From Candidatus Moranella endobia PCIT (lineage in GTDB: Bacteria; Pseudomonadota; Gammaproteobacteria; Enterobacterales; Enterobacteriaceae), in the NCBI RefSeq assembly GCF_000219175.1, contig NC_015735.1, positions 360,001-392,000 of the forward strand: DNA of 32,000 nt, in the 5' to 3' direction. The position numbers and the translations under genes were made by a program. Shown here piece after piece: positions 12,205-24,372 of this stretch. The notes below the pieces were generated by a model. That model saw nothing but the letters and a program-made list of their open reading frames with translations. It ran no database searches and was not told the origin of the DNA. Numbering within the stretch: the stretch's first letter is position 1; every line of letters begins with the position of its first letter.

Positions 12205-13992
12205 ATGTCTACAATAACAACTTTTTTTACTGATCTGGGGCTAAAATCTTCTATACTTCAAGCCCTGACCGATCTAGGTTATGAAAAGCCGTCACCTATC
12301 CAGGCCGCCTGTATTCCGCCTATGTTGGCCGGACGTGACATCCTTGGTATGGCGCAGACCGGCAGCGGTAAAACTGCGGCCTTTTCTCTGCCGCTGTTAC
12401 ACAATATTAATCCCGAACTAGCCGCACCACAGGTGCTAGTACTAGCGCCTACTAGAGAACTGGCGATACAAGTTGGGTCAGCCTGCGCCGATTTCGCCAA
12501 ACATATGAAAGGTGTTAGTATAGTAGCCCTGTACGGCGGTCAGCGTTATGATGTCCAGTTGCGCGCGTTGCGTCAAGGGCCGCAAGTTGTGGTCGGCACT
12601 CCTGGCCGCCTACTAGACCATTTGAAACGCGGTACTCTGGATCTATCTAATTTGAGTGGACTAGTAATCGACGAAGCAGATGAGATGTTGCGCATGGGCT
12701 TTATCGAAGACGTAGAAAAAATTTTGACACAGGTACCAGAGCAACACCAGACCGCGCTGTTCTCTGCGACCATGCCGGAAGCAATTCGCCGTATTACTCG
12801 CCGTTTTATGAACGATCCGCAGGAAGTGCGTATTCAATCCAGTATTACTACACGTCCGGATATCAGCCAGAGCTATTGGACAGTTCATGGTATACGCAAG
12901 AATGAAGCTCTGGTACGTTTCTTAGAAGTAGAAGATTTTGATGCTGCCATTATATTCGTACGCACAAAAACCGCCACACTGGAAGTAGCAGAAGTGTTAG
13001 AGCGTAGCGGTTATAATAGTGCTGCCCTAAACGGTGACATGAATCAGACACTACGCGAGCAAACATTAGAACGTTTAAAGGATGGTCGCTTGGATATTCT
13101 GATTGCAACAGATGTCGCCGCTCGCGGCCTAGACGTTGATCGCATCAGCCTAGTCGTGAACTACGATATTCCGCTGGATTCCGATTCTTACATACACCGT
13201 ATTGGTCGTACCGGTCGTGCCGGCCGCGCCGGCCGGGCGCTATTATTCGTGGAAAATCGAGAGCGCCGTCTGCTACGCAATATCGAACGCATTATGATGC
13301 TGACCATACCTGCGGTAGAACTACCAACCGCTGAGGTATTGAGTACACGTCGTTTGTCTAAGTTTACTGCTAAGGTACAAAATCAGCTGGCAAGTAGAGA
13401 TCTTGATCTGTACCGCTCACTGCTAACCAAACTACAACCGGCAGAAGAAATTGATATGGAAACGCTAGCAGCTATTCTGTTAAAAATGGCCCAATGTGAA
13501 CGCCCACTGATCCTGCCCCCTGATTCGTTGATTGAACGACGCCCACGCCGCGAGTTCCTGAAGCGCAACGAGCGGCAGGAGAACGACGAACGTTTATCGC
13601 GGCAGCGTCGTAACAGCGGCGACAGAGGTGAGATGGATCTCTACCGTATCGAGGTAGGTCGTGATGATGGTGTCGAAGTACGCCATATAGTTGGCGCCAT
13701 CGCCACCGAAGGTGACATTAATAGCCGCTATATAGGCAATATTAAATTATTCGCCTCCTATTCTACAATTGAGTTGCCTAAAGGTATGACAGGAGAAATG
13801 CTATCTAACTTTACCCGCACGCGTATTATGAATAAACCGATTAAAATGCAGTTTATAGGTGCCGCATGGTCGCGCAGCTGTGATGATCGCCGAAAGTTCA
13901 TTAGCAGCGAAAGCCGGTTTAGTCGTGGCAGTAAGCGCCCAGAATACCGCGGCGCAAGGTTAACAGACGACAGTAAATTAAGAAGAAAGTAA
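12205..13992 (+). CDS. deaD: DEAD-box RNA helicase DeaD (CsdA)
   Basis: [27 protein letters not shown] and [15 protein letters not shown] motifs. ATG at 12205 has GAGG 9 nt upstream. Confidence 0.96.
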   Translation: MSTITTFFTDLGLKSSILQALTDLGYEKPSPIQAACIPPMLAGRDILGMAQTGSGKTAAFSLPLLHNINPELAAPQVLVLAPTRELAIQVGSACADFAKHMKGVSIVALYGGQRYDVQLRALRQGPQVVVGTPGRLLDHLKRGTLDLSNLSGLVIDEADEMLRMGFIEDVEKILTQVPEQHQTALFSATMPEAIRRITRRFMNDPQEVRIQSSITTRPDISQSYWTVHGIRKNEALVRFLEVEDFDAAIIFVRTKTATLEVAEVLERSGYNSAALNGDMNQTLREQTLERLKDGRLDILIATDVAARGLDVDRISLVVNYDIPLDSDSYIHRIGRTGRAGRAGRALLFVENRERRLLRNIERIMMLTIPAVELPTAEVLSTRRLSKFTAKVQNQLASRDLDLYRSLLTKLQPAEEIDMETLAAILLKMAQCERPLILPPDSLIERRPRREFLKRNERQENDERLSRQRRNSGDRGEMDLYRIEVGRDDGVEVRHIVGAIATEGDINSRYIGNIKLFASYSTIELPKGMTGEMLSNFTRTRIMNKPIKMQFIGAAWSRSCDDRRKFISSESRFSRGSKRPEYRGARLTDDSKLRRK

Positions 13993-14177
13993 ATTAATTG
14001 GCTTCGCGCTTGTTTTCGATGACCTCAGCTTAAGCAGCGGTGTTATGATTGAATAACGCATAAAATAACATGCGCACGATATACAGCATCAGTAACTAAA
14101 GGTGAAAAAAAACAGCCAGGCATCCGGTCCGGCATCTACTCTAGCATTGACATTATCCAATAAATTAGGAAGACAAA

Positions 14178-14435
14178 ATGTACCAGCAAGAAGTTAAGAT
14201 TACTGCTCCTAATGGTCTACATACTCGTCCTGCCGCTCAGTTTGTTAAAAAAGCAAAAGGATTTATTTCCGACATTACCGTCACCTCAAATGGCAAAAGC
14301 TCCAGCGCTAAAAGCTTGTTAAAATTGCAAACTATTGGTCTGACTAAGGGTACTATCGTTAATATCGCAGCAGAAGGCGCGGATGAACAAAAAGCAGTAG
14401 AACAGTTGGTTAAACTGCTCGCAGAGCTGGAGTAA
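14178..14435 (+). CDS. ptsH: phosphocarrier protein HPr
   Basis: 85 aa with the active-site motif [13 protein letters not shown]. Confidence 0.98.
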   Translation: MYQQEVKITAPNGLHTRPAAQFVKKAKGFISDITVTSNGKSSSAKSLLKLQTIGLTKGTIVNIAAEGADEQKAVEQLVKLLAELE

Positions 14436-14483
14436 TATAGGTCAGGTCTTTGTTATGCTATGCATCATGAGTAGGGTGGGGTT

Positions 14484-16208
14484 ATGATTTCAGGTATTTT
14501 AGCATCACCGGGTATTGCATTTGGTAAAGTGTTGCTACTTAAGGAAGAGGAGTTGGTAATCAACGGGGAAAACATCACTGCAGAACAGGTCGAGCAGGAA
14601 GTTGAACGTTTTCGTGCTGGACGTGCCCAATCTGCCGCGCAGCTGGAAGTAATCAAAACTAAAGCGAGAAACACCTGCGGTGAAGAAAAGGCAGCCATCT
14701 TCGATAGTCATATAATGTTATTGGAAGATGAAGAACTTGAGCAAGACATCATAGCTTTTATCAAAGAACAACTCGTTAGCGCAGATGCTGCTGTTTATGC
14801 AGTGCTTGAACAGCAGGCAAAGGCATTGGCAGAACTTCATGACGAATATCTAAAAGAACGCGCCACCGATGTGCGCGATATTGGTAAACGTTTGCTGCGT
14901 AATATTCTTGCACTGCCGATTATAGATATAGACTTGAATGCCATCAGCGATGAAGCCATACTAGTAGCGGTAGATTTGACTCCTTCGGAAATTGCGCAGC
15001 TTAATCTGAATAAAGTGTTGGGCTTCATCACCAATTTCGGTGGCCGAACCTCACATACATCAATTATGGCTCGTTCACTGGAGCTGCCGGCTATCGTTGG
15101 CACTGGTAATATTACTCAGCAAGTCACTAATGGTGATTATTTGATTCTGGATGCTATAAATAACCAGATTTATATTAATCCTGAACCAAAATTAATTGAA
15201 CAGCTGAAAGCGCTGCAAATACAATACGCAACAGAAAAGAAAGAATTGGCTAAACTGAATGATCTACCTGCAGTGACGCTTGACGGTCATAAGGTGGAAT
15301 TATGCGCCAATATTGGCACCTTGCGTGACGTGATGAGCGCTGAAAGTAACGGTGCCGAAGGAATAGGCCTGTATCGTACCGAGTTCTTGTTTATGGACCG
15401 TGATTCATTACCTAGCGAAGAAGAGCAGTTCCAAGCTTATAAAGCGGTGGTGGAATCTATGTCCACTGGCTCTATTATAGTGCGTACCATGGATATCGGT
15501 GGTGATAAGTCTGTGCCTTATATGAATCTACCGAAAGAGGACAATCCATTCCTCGGATGGCGTGCCATCCGCATTGGGCTCGACCGTAAAGAAATATTGC
15601 ACACACAGCTGCGCGCCATTCTACGCGCCTCCGCTTTTGGCAAACTGCGCATCATGTATCCGATGATTATTTCCGTGGAAGAAGTACGTACCCTACAACA
15701 TGAGCTCTCGCTGCTAAAACAGCAACTACGTGAAGAGGGTAAGTGCTTCGATGAGGGCATCGAAGTAGGAGTGATGGTAGAAACACCGGCCGCCGCGGTT
15801 ATCTCACACCATCTTGCACAGGAAGTAGATTTCTTTAGTATCGGTACAAACGATCTTACCCAATATACTCTTGCCGTTGATCGCGGGAATAAGCTCATTG
15901 CTAATCTATATAACCCTATGTCTCCTGCAGTACTGACCTTAATCAAACAAGTTATTGACGCATCTCACGCTGCTGGTAAATGGACTGGTATGTGCGGCGA
16001 GCTTGCGGGAGATGAACATGCTACAATACTGTTATTAGGAATGGAACTGGATGAATTCAGCATAAGTGCTATCTCTATACCTAGTATTAAGAAAATCATT
16101 CGCAATACCAATTTTTGCGATGCAAAGAAATTAGCAAAGGAAGCATTAGCTCAGTCAACTGCAGAAGATTTAATTAATTTGGTAAACAAATTTATTGAAA
16201 AAAAATGA
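14484..16208 (+). CDS. ptsI: phosphoenolpyruvate-protein phosphotransferase (EI)
   Basis: [13 protein letters not shown] active site, TEFLFMDRD and MCGELAGDE motifs. Confidence 0.98.
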   Translation: MISGILASPGIAFGKVLLLKEEELVINGENITAEQVEQEVERFRAGRAQSAAQLEVIKTKARNTCGEEKAAIFDSHIMLLEDEELEQDIIAFIKEQLVSADAAVYAVLEQQAKALAELHDEYLKERATDVRDIGKRLLRNILALPIIDIDLNAISDEAILVAVDLTPSEIAQLNLNKVLGFITNFGGRTSHTSIMARSLELPAIVGTGNITQQVTNGDYLILDAINNQIYINPEPKLIEQLKALQIQYATEKKELAKLNDLPAVTLDGHKVELCANIGTLRDVMSAESNGAEGIGLYRTEFLFMDRDSLPSEEEQFQAYKAVVESMSTGSIIVRTMDIGGDKSVPYMNLPKEDNPFLGWRAIRIGLDRKEILHTQLRAILRASAFGKLRIMYPMIISVEEVRTLQHELSLLKQQLREEGKCFDEGIEVGVMVETPAAAVISHHLAQEVDFFSIGTNDLTQYTLAVDRGNKLIANLYNPMSPAVLTLIKQVIDASHAAGKWTGMCGELAGDEHATILLLGMELDEFSISAISIPSIKKIIRNTNFCDAKKLAKEALAQSTAEDLINLVNKFIEKK

Positions 16209-16520
16209 GCTACTGATTTCACAAAACTGATCTCATCTAAATTATTATTTAGTCTATAGTGCATAAACATAGTAACAAACTAACCAAGTTACCCTACCTA
16301 TTAAGGTAAAGAGCTGGCATTAACGTACTTGGCTGTATGTCGTGTTTGATGTACGTCTTGTTAAGAACCTTATTTGTGGATCAGATTGTTGAAGCAAAAA
16401 AAAACAGTAGATATTTATCTATGCTTTCCTTACAATGCTCTAAATAAGCTGTGTATGGGCAGTTTAGCTAATGGATTGCGATGACGAGGAGTAGTCGGGG
16501 GGGTAGGTAAGCAAGAAATA

Positions 16521-16543
16521 TTCAGCCAATTATATTGGCTGAA
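16521..16543 (+). promoter_or_regulatory. perfect hairpin in the rplM leader region
   Basis: ttcagccaat-tat-attggctgaa, 10-bp perfect stem, 3-nt loop, 80 nt before rplM ATG, no T-tract. Confidence 0.5.
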
Positions 16544-16622
16544 CGGGACATGTGGCACCATAGAATTTTATTAGTGGGTGGTTAATAACACCATTTGGAT
16601 CTTCAATTGGGGTAAGTATTTA

Positions 16623-17051
16623 ATGAAAACTTTTACAGCCAAACTAGAAACTATAAAACGTAACTGGTATATTGTGGACGGTAAAGGAAAAACACTTGGC
16701 CGTCTTGCGACCTTCTTGGCGCATCGGCTGCGTGGCAAGCATAAAACAGAATATACGCCACATGTAGATACCGGTGATTATCTTATTGTACTGAACGCTA
16801 ACAAAGTATGTGTTACTGGCAATAAACGTAATGATAAAATCTACTATCACTACACTGGTCACGTCGGTGGTATCAAAGAAGTAACTTTTGACAAGATGAT
16901 GGCTAAAAGTCCTGAACGTATACTGGAAATAGCCATTAAGGGCATGCTACCAAAAGGTCCATTGGGTCGTACTATGTTACGTAAACTGAAAGTTTACGCC
17001 GGTCACGAACACAAACATGCAGCACAGCAACCGCAAGTGCTAGAAATTTAA
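16623..17051 (+). CDS. rplM: 50S ribosomal protein L13
   Basis: [30 protein letters not shown]...; start chosen by homology inside the longer ORF. Confidence 0.98.
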   Translation: MKTFTAKLETIKRNWYIVDGKGKTLGRLATFLAHRLRGKHKTEYTPHVDTGDYLIVLNANKVCVTGNKRNDKIYYHYTGHVGGIKEVTFDKMMAKSPERILEIAIKGMLPKGPLGRTMLRKLKVYAGHEHKHAAQQPQVLEI

Positions 17052-17066
17052 TTAGGATTATCAACA

Positions 17067-17459
17067 ATGGTTGTAAATCAATATTACGGTACTGGTCGCC
17101 GTAAAAGCGCTTCCGCCCGCGTATTTATTAAGGCTGGTTGCGGTAATATCGTTATTAATCAGTGTAGGTTAGATCAGTACTTTGGTCGAAAAACTGCCCG
17201 CATGGTTGTTTGTCAGCCGCTGGAACTAGTTGATATGGTGAATAACCTTGATCTGTACATCACTGTTAAAGGTGGTGGTATATCAGGTCAGGCAGGAGCC
17301 ATTCGCCACGGTATTACTCGTGCGTTGATGAAATATGATGAAAATTTACGCACCAGTTTGCTCAAAGCAGGTTTTGTTACGCGTGATGCCCGTCAGGTGG
17401 AACGTAAGAAAGTTGGTCTGCGTAAAGCACGTCGGCAGCCGCAATTTTCTAAACGTTAG
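17067..17459 (+). CDS. rpsI: 30S ribosomal protein S9
   Basis: [19 protein letters not shown]...[18 protein letters not shown]. Confidence 0.98.
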   Translation: MVVNQYYGTGRRKSASARVFIKAGCGNIVINQCRLDQYFGRKTARMVVCQPLELVDMVNNLDLYITVKGGGISGQAGAIRHGITRALMKYDENLRTSLLKAGFVTRDARQVERKKVGLRKARRQPQFSKR

Positions 17460-17978
17460 TTATATCTATTGTATTGACGTTGAAAGTACGTACTCAACCA
17501 TGGTTTTTTTTGTTTACTGCTTTCTTAATTAAAGAAACTTTATTATTCTTACACAACTTTGTTGTGTTGCCATTGTTCATGACACTAATACCCCTAACCT
17601 ATACCACATTTAACCCAGCTAACTACTGGCAACAGGTCAAGAAGTAGTTGTCAATAACTAATAATGTTGTAATCAATCAGCTCTGTGTATTTATTGTGTA
17701 GCAGTTGCGCAGCTGCAGTAGTTTATTTTGCACGGTGCTTGATGCGTGCGCTGCTTCTATGTTATTTGCCTGCCTAAGGATTCCATATAAAAGCAAAAAA
17801 AACAGCTGACTGCGTTCAGTGTTACCAAATCATTAATTTATCACTTACTCAACAAATAATACCATTATAGCTACTTTTAGCTATGCCAATCCGTTTCTCG
17901 TAAAACCATTTCCTCTTTTTACTTTGTGTGCGTAAAATCAGGTGGACGCTTATTTAGTGAACAGGATTTTTCGTCCAT

Positions 17979-19439
17979 ATGACAATATTTTATACAATAA
18001 TCAACTGGCTATTGCTTTTCTGCTATTGGTTATTGATGGCTGGCGTCACCTTACGGGTCATTCTGAAACGTCGCTCTGTGCCAGCTGCCATGGCTTGGTT
18101 ATTGGTAATATATATTCTACCGCTGGGAGGGATTATTACTTATTTGTTATTTGGCGAACTAAACCTTGGTAAACGCCGAATCGAACGTAGTAAGGCTCTT
18201 TGGCCATCAACCACCAAATGGATTAGAAACATGAAAGTATGTTGTCGCATGTTCGCCAGTGAAACTAGCGAAGTAGCTCGTTCTCTATTTCTACTGTGCG
18301 AAAAACGGCAAGGTATTGGTGGCTTGAAAGGCAATAAAATACAACTGTTAACCAGCACCGATGATGTGCTACATGCCTTGATTCGTGATATATATATTAC
18401 CCAAAATAATATTGAAATGGTATTTTATATTTGGCAGATAGGTGGTCTAGTAGACCAGGTAGCTGAAGCTTTAATGACGGCGGCGCGGCGCGGCGTGCGC
18501 TGCCGTTTAATGCTAGATTCTGCTGGCAGCGTGGAATTTTTCCGTAGTCCTTACCCTATGATGATGCGTGCTGCCGGCGTTAATATCATGGAAGCATTAC
18601 AAGTAAGCATCCTGCGCATGTTTATGCGCCGCATGGATTTGCGACAGCATCGTAAAATGGTGCTGCTTGACAACTATATCGCCTACACTGGTAGCATGAA
18701 TATGGCAGATCCGCGTTTTTTTAAACAGGAAGCTGGAGTTGGCCAGTGGATCGATATTATGGCGCGTATGGAAGGACCAGTGGCTATCGCTATGGGCATT
18801 ATTTTCTCCTGCGATTGGGAAATAGAGACAGGAGAACGCATTCTCCCATCTATTCCCGATGTCAATATCATCCCTGTTGAACAATCCTCAGGACATACCA
18901 TTCAAGTAATCGCCTCAGGGCCAGGTTTTCCCGATGGTGTGATTCATCAGGCCTTGCTTACTTCTATTTATGCAGCGCGCGAGCAATTAGTTATAACAAC
19001 GCCTTATCTTGTGCCCAGTGATGATTTACTCCACGCTATTTGTACCGCGGCGCAGCGGGGTGTAGAAGTACATATTATTATTCCGCGCCATAACGATTCA
19101 ATACTGGTAGGTTGGGCTAGCAGAGCCGTTTTCGCAGAGCTACTTGAAGCCGGCGTATTCATACACCAGTTCGAGGGCGGCTTGCTGCATACAAAAAGTG
19201 TTTTAATCGATTGCCAGTTGAGTTTGGTGGGGACGGTAAATCTCGATATGCGTAGCTTGTGGCTAAACTTTGAAATTACACTGGTAATCGATGACAACGA
19301 GTTTGGTCGCTCTCTTGCTAGAGTACAAGAAGATTATATTGCCAGATCAAGGCTTATCGATACCATCATCTGGTCTAAACGTCCTTACTGGCAGCGTATT
19401 ATCGAGCGGCTGTTCTACTTTTTCAGTCCATTGTTATAA
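17979..19439 (+). CDS. cls: cardiolipin synthase A
   Basis: 486 aa, two phospholipase-D HKD motifs (HRKMVLLD and HTKSVLID), near full-length match to ClsA. Confidence 0.96.
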   Translation: MTIFYTIINWLLLFCYWLLMAGVTLRVILKRRSVPAAMAWLLVIYILPLGGIITYLLFGELNLGKRRIERSKALWPSTTKWIRNMKVCCRMFASETSEVARSLFLLCEKRQGIGGLKGNKIQLLTSTDDVLHALIRDIYITQNNIEMVFYIWQIGGLVDQVAEALMTAARRGVRCRLMLDSAGSVEFFRSPYPMMMRAAGVNIMEALQVSILRMFMRRMDLRQHRKMVLLDNYIAYTGSMNMADPRFFKQEAGVGQWIDIMARMEGPVAIAMGIIFSCDWEIETGERILPSIPDVNIIPVEQSSGHTIQVIASGPGFPDGVIHQALLTSIYAAREQLVITTPYLVPSDDLLHAICTAAQRGVEVHIIIPRHNDSILVGWASRAVFAELLEAGVFIHQFEGGLLHTKSVLIDCQLSLVGTVNLDMRSLWLNFEITLVIDDNEFGRSLARVQEDYIARSRLIDTIIWSKRPYWQRIIERLFYFFSPLL

Positions 19440-19500
19440 TGTACTTTGTCAGATAGCATGTTAGGTTTGCTATGACTCTTGTATTGTTACGGTTAGAATT

Positions 19501-19848
19501 CTAGTGCAGTCTTTCTCTGATGCGTGCTGCCTTACCGGTACATTGGCGCAGGTAATATAGTTTGGCCTTCCTAACTGCGCCACGACGTGTCACATTAATA
19601 CTGTAGATTACTGGCGAATGCGTCTGGAAAACACGCTCAACGCCTTCGCCATTGGCTATTTTGCGAAGAGTGAATGCAGAATGTAGACCACCGTTACGAA
19701 TAGCGATAACCACGCCCTCGAATGCTTGTAGACGTTTTTTGCTGCCTTCAACAACCCACACTTTGACTTCTACCGAATCACCTGGTCGGAAAGAAGGTAT
19801 GTCTTGCTTCATCTGTTCTTGTTCAATTTGCTTAATAATGTTGCTCAT
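19501..19848 (-). CDS. rplS: 50S ribosomal protein L19
   Basis: [24 protein letters not shown]...; start chosen by homology, 10 codons inside the track ORF. Confidence 0.98.
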   Translation of the reverse strand: MSNIIKQIEQEQMKQDIPSFRPGDSVEVKVWVVEGSKKRLQAFEGVVIAIRNGGLHSAFTLRKIANGEGVERVFQTHSPVIYSINVTRRGAVRKAKLYYLRQCTGKAARIRERLH

Positions 19849-19874
19849 AATTGTTCTTTGGCCCCAACTAGCCA

Positions 19875-20639
19875 TCAATGTTTCGGCATAGAATGAGAAT
19901 GATATTCTCGCTGGAATTCTGTTAGCAGCATTGCTTGCTCATTAGTCAGAGCTAGACTTTCCAGTAGTTCAGGTCTGCTCAGCCAGGTACGGCCCAATGA
20001 TTGTTGCATACGCCAGCGACGAATCTCAGCATGATTACCCGACAGCAAAACTGGCGGCACCTTAATATTATCAAATACTTCAGGACGAGTATAGTTAGGA
20101 AATTCCAGCAGCCCATCGGCAAATGAGTCCTCAGCCGCGGAGGACTTATGTCCCAGCACGCCGGGAATAAACCTGGCTACTGTGTCAATTAACACCATCG
20201 CTGCTAGTTCACCACCGCTTAGGACATAATCACCCATAGACCATGTTTCATCAATCGTTGTGGTGATTAAACGTTCATCAATACCTTCATAACGGCCGCA
20301 AACCAAAATGATATTTGGTTGAGCGGCCAACTCTTTCACGCCTTGTTGATTGAGTTTACGACCTTGCGGAGAAAGATAAATAACCTTTGCTGTTGCTGTT
20401 CCAGCTCCCTGGTTTTGGGCCGCATTAATCGCCTTTCTTAAGGGCTGTGCCATCATCAGCATACCAGCTCCTCCGCCGTAAGGACGATCGTCAATAGTAC
20501 GATGCCGGTCATGGGTAAATTCACGCGGACTCCAATATTGCAACTGCAGTTGGCCATTCTTTACTGCCCGGCCAGTCACCCCGTAATCAGTAATTGCTTG
20601 AAACATCTTGGGAAACAGACTAATAATACCAATCCACAT
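19875..20639 (-). CDS. trmD: tRNA (guanine-N1)-methyltransferase TrmD
   Basis: [32 protein letters not shown] and [11 protein letters not shown] motifs. Confidence 0.98.
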   Translation of the reverse strand: MWIGIISLFPKMFQAITDYGVTGRAVKNGQLQLQYWSPREFTHDRHRTIDDRPYGGGAGMLMMAQPLRKAINAAQNQGAGTATAKVIYLSPQGRKLNQQGVKELAAQPNIILVCGRYEGIDERLITTTIDETWSMGDYVLSGGELAAMVLIDTVARFIPGVLGHKSSAAEDSFADGLLEFPNYTRPEVFDNIKVPPVLLSGNHAEIRRWRMQQSLGRTWLSRPELLESLALTNEQAMLLTEFQREYHSHSMPKH

Positions 20640-20687
20640 TTTACTACGTCCAGCTTATGCTGGTATCACCAGCTTCATGATCAGCAA

Positions 20688-21236
20688 TCACACTCTTGGG
20701 TCCCAGTTAGCTTCAATCAATTTGGAAGCAAGATCGACGTTTTGAATTACCGGTCCGACGATGAACGGAATCAATCGTTCACGAAGGCCAAAGGCATCTT
20801 TTAAGTTGGCTGTTACAACCAGAACATCGTTTGCCCCAGTTTCTATTAAATCAATTACGTCTCCCAGCTTATAACCACCGACAGTTAAAACTTGGCACCT
20901 AAGAAGGTCTTTCCAGTAGTATTTGCCGTTGTCTAATTTTGGCCATTGCGCAGCATCAACGCAGATTTCACAATTAGTCAAAAGCCGCGCCGCTTCCCGG
21001 TTTTCAACGTCTCTGACCTTGATTATTAGGTCCTGATAGTGGCGCTTCCAGTTTTCCAGCAAGATCATCTGCCACTCACCTGCTATCTTTATGAACCAGG
21101 GTTGGTAATCAAAAATTTTTTCTGTTTCTTCAGTGGAAGAACACAATCTAAGCCAGCCGCGTATGCTATACGATGAGCCCATTTTGCCTACCACTACCGG
21201 TTCAACTGGTTCTGTAATGCAGTTTTTTTTGTTCAT
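20688..21236 (-). CDS. rimM: ribosome maturation factor RimM
   Basis: [29 protein letters not shown]. Located between rpsP and trmD. Confidence 0.96.
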   Translation of the reverse strand: MNKKNCITEPVEPVVVGKMGSSYSIRGWLRLCSSTEETEKIFDYQPWFIKIAGEWQMILLENWKRHYQDLIIKVRDVENREAARLLTNCEICVDAAQWPKLDNGKYYWKDLLRCQVLTVGGYKLGDVIDLIETGANDVLVVTANLKDAFGLRERLIPFIVGPVIQNVDLASKLIEANWDPRV

Positions 21237-21256
21237 TTTTTTTACACTAGAAAGGA

Positions 21257-21511
21257 TTATGATGATCCTGCTTGTTTTGCTTCTTTGATCAGCGCGGACA
21301 CACGGTCAGAAACTTTGGCCCCCTGGTTAACCCAATGTTTAATACGATCAAAATCGAAACACAATCCGTCAGCCTTACCAGTAGCCGTCGGGTTGAAAAA
21401 CCCAATACGTTCAATGAAACGACCGTCTCGCGCATTGCGGCTATTGGTTACTATTATCTGATAAAATGGGCGTTTTTTAGCGCCACCACGTGCCAACCTA
21501 ATTTTTACCAT
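21257..21511 (-). CDS. rpsP: 30S ribosomal protein S16
   Basis: [41 protein letters not shown]. Confidence 0.98.
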   Translation of the reverse strand: MVKIRLARGGAKKRPFYQIIVTNSRNARDGRFIERIGFFNPTATGKADGLCFDFDRIKHWVNQGAKVSDRVSALIKEAKQAGSS

Positions 21512-21604
21512 AATCTTCTCTAGAATGAATAAAATTTACTAAAACTATCAGTTTTATAGGCAAAACAACAATTAAAAATTAACAACCATGGAAATCATGC
21601 GGCA

Positions 21605-22939
21605 TTATACCCTTTCCTTCATTTGACGCATAATATTCGCTATACCGCCTTTTTTCATTGTGCTAATTATGTCTAACTGCTTCAGCAAGCGATTGACATC
21701 ATTAACCTGCATGCCAGAGCCAGCGGCAATACGTAGTTTGCGCGAGCTGTTGATGATTTCTGGACATACGCGTTCTTTAGCGGTCATAGAATTAATGAGA
21801 GCCTCCATGTGCAATATCACTTTATCGTCCATCTGCGACTGTACTTGTGCTGGCAGTTGGCAGAAGCCTGGTAACTTACTCATCAGACTGGCTATGCCGC
21901 CCATATTGCGCAGATGCTTGATTTGAACTAGCAAATCAGTTAAATCAAAACTGTCGCCTTTGTTAAGCTGATTGGTAAGTTTGTTCGCCTGTTCTCGTTT
22001 GATCTCTCTTTCTAGATCCTCGATTATTGACAAAACATCACCCATACCTAGTATCTGCCCGGCTAGTCGATTGGGATAAAATGGCTCAAGTGCGTCCATT
22101 TTTTCACCTACTCCCATGAATTTGATCTGTTTACCAGTTATATGCCGTATTGAAAGAGCAGCGCCACCACGTGCATCGCCATCAACCTTTGTCAGGATTA
22201 CTCCGGTCAGCGGTAAAGTTTGATTAAAGTTTTGGGCGGTATGGGCGGCGTCCTGCCCTGTCATAGCGTCAACTACAAAAATAGTTTCTATTGGTTGGAT
22301 ATCTGCGTGAATAGCGATAATTTCCGCCATCATGGTTTCATCCACTGGCAGACAGCCGGCGGTGTCAACCAGAAGTACATCATAAAATAACCGTTTGGCT
22401 TGATTTAGCGCCAGATGAACAATATCGAGCGGTGTTTGTGCTATATCGTCGGATGAAAAAAAATCAACTCCTACCTTATGTGCCAAGGTTTCCAGCTGCT
22501 TGATAGCAGCTGGTCGATAAACGTCTGCGGATACCACCAGTACTTGTTTCTTCTGTTGTTCGCGCAGATAGTTGCCTAACTTACCAACGCTTGTGGTTTT
22601 TCCTACCCCTGGCAACCCAGCAAGCATTACCACTGCTGGCGGCGGTACCCCTACTAAATTTAGTGCATTGTTTGCTTCTCCCAGAGCTTTCACCAGTTCT
22701 GCGCGGACGATCTTGACGAATCCCTGCCCTGGAGTAAATCTTTTATTGACTGCCTGCCCAAGCGCGTTCTCTTTTACCCGACTGATGAAATCTCGTATCA
22801 CCGGTAGTGCCACATCAGCTTCTAGCAACGCCATGCGTATTTCGCGCACAGTATCCTTTATATTTGCTTCAGTCAAACGTCCTCTGCCACTGATATTACG
22901 CAACGTGCGTGATAATCTATCGGTTAAATGGTCAAACAT
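21605..22939 (-). CDS. ffh: signal recognition particle protein Ffh (SRP54)
   Basis: NG domain (GLPGVGKTTSVGKL, DTAGCL, TKVDGDARGGAAL) and a C-terminal M domain. Confidence 0.97.
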   Translation of the reverse strand: MFDHLTDRLSRTLRNISGRGRLTEANIKDTVREIRMALLEADVALPVIRDFISRVKENALGQAVNKRFTPGQGFVKIVRAELVKALGEANNALNLVGVPPPAVVMLAGLPGVGKTTSVGKLGNYLREQQKKQVLVVSADVYRPAAIKQLETLAHKVGVDFFSSDDIAQTPLDIVHLALNQAKRLFYDVLLVDTAGCLPVDETMMAEIIAIHADIQPIETIFVVDAMTGQDAAHTAQNFNQTLPLTGVILTKVDGDARGGAALSIRHITGKQIKFMGVGEKMDALEPFYPNRLAGQILGMGDVLSIIEDLEREIKREQANKLTNQLNKGDSFDLTDLLVQIKHLRNMGGIASLMSKLPGFCQLPAQVQSQMDDKVILHMEALINSMTAKERVCPEIINSSRKLRIAAGSGMQVNDVNRLLKQLDIISTMKKGGIANIMRQMKERV

Positions 22940-23254
22940 ATTTTTTTCGACACCTGGTTTCTGGTCGCGCGCACGACATTAGTACAATTAATATTAGTAT
23001 AACATTAAGTTGGCAGGAATAACTATAGTCCTGATAATAATAGTTGGATTCAGAGTGGGATCATGGTGCGCTGATAAAAAGTCATACGCCGCAGGAGGAT
23101 AAGTAGTGATGGCTTAATGCGGTAAGGAAAAGCGACATTGGCACATTTATCAGTACACTTATTGCTAGTGCTGCGCTGAATACGTTCTTATGTTTTTCTG
23201 CTATGCCGCCTACTAGTATTTTACTTTTACCTTGAACATACCTTACTTAGTTAG

Positions 23255-24370
23255 CTAAGGTGACGATACAGCATGAGTAATCGTATGCTGTTGGCAATGG
23301 CAGTAGTTTTTCTGTAAGTTATTAACTTTAGATAGATAGAGGCGCGATTCTGCCGACGGATGCTGCGTCGACAACGTTTGATAAACTTGTTCTGGCTGCA
23401 TACCATTGATTATCTGAAACGCCAGGTTTTGATTGCTTGCGAAGACCCGCAGCACACTACCAGCACCACCGTTATAGGCTGTTATAACTGCATATCGTCG
23501 CGACATGGGATTGACAATCCCACCTAAATAGCTTTTTTGTAGCATTGCTAGATAAGCCGTACCGGTATCAATATTATTTCCCGGGTTTAACAGATAGCTG
23601 CGGCTTGGCTGGCCACGTTTGCCCTTCATTTTAAACACGTCGCGTCCTGCGCTGTGCTGTACCACCTGCATGAGACCCAAGGCGTCGGCATTACTCACAG
23701 CATAGGGGTTAAAGCTAGATTCTGTTTGCATTATCGCCAGGATCAGCGACTGATCAACACCATATTGCTGCGAGGCTTTACGCACTATCCCCCGGTATTT
23801 ATTTGAGCGTTTGTCCACATGATTTAGCATTAGTGGAATGGTAACTGACCACTTTTGCCGCAGGCCATTGGTGCTGGTTTTTAGCCTGGTTTGCAGCATA
23901 TAATCGGCAAAAGTGGCGGCTCGCCACTTTATGCGAATCGGCTGGCCGTCGTTATCCAGCATCTGCCCATAGATGAAAGGCTTTTGACTGCTAGGAATCA
24001 CTTCCGCATCCGAGTAAAAATCTATGCTAACTGGATCATTCCCCATCAAAATGGTGTTAACAATTGCTTGGCGCAGATACTTGCCAGGGTTGTCGCCCAC
24101 AATGGTTTCAATGGTGATAGCACCAGTATCAAATTTTATTTGGTAGCGGGTTTCGTAATGATCGGTGTATTTAACATAATCTTTCGTCCCAGCAATTAGC
24201 ACTTCATTCATACCCCATAGAGTTGTTATGTTATGGGCAAATTGGTTCATGACCATATTAAAACCATTGGTGTTTTTTCTTTCGCATTCGATGTTTTCTT
24301 TACCGTGGGTGTATGATGTTAATAAGTTAGTAATGGTAATAATAATTAATAAAGGCCATATTTTTTTCAT
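23255..24370 (-). CDS. mltC: membrane-bound lytic murein transglycosylase C
   Basis: [43 protein letters not shown] and [15 protein letters not shown] motifs. The lipobox Cys is missing. Confidence 0.95.
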   Translation of the reverse strand: MKKIWPLLIIITITNLLTSYTHGKENIECERKNTNGFNMVMNQFAHNITTLWGMNEVLIAGTKDYVKYTDHYETRYQIKFDTGAITIETIVGDNPGKYLRQAIVNTILMGNDPVSIDFYSDAEVIPSSQKPFIYGQMLDNDGQPIRIKWRAATFADYMLQTRLKTSTNGLRQKWSVTIPLMLNHVDKRSNKYRGIVRKASQQYGVDQSLILAIMQTESSFNPYAVSNADALGLMQVVQHSAGRDVFKMKGKRGQPSRSYLLNPGNNIDTGTAYLAMLQKSYLGGIVNPMSRRYAVITAYNGGAGSVLRVFASNQNLAFQIINGMQPEQVYQTLSTQHPSAESRLYLSKVNNLQKNYCHCQQHTITHAVSSP

Positions 24371-24372
24371 GT

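Noticed and set aside
15518-15946. 142-aa minus-strand ORF within ptsI
   Set aside because: Antisense shadow of the conserved EI coding sequence. Similar ORFs at 478..864, 997..1311, 6729..7154, 12279..12773 and 29630..29926 were rejected for the same reason.
17942-18172. 76-aa ORF overlapping the start of cls
   Set aside because: Out-of-frame overlap with conserved ClsA N-terminus. No homology or independent ribosome-binding signal.
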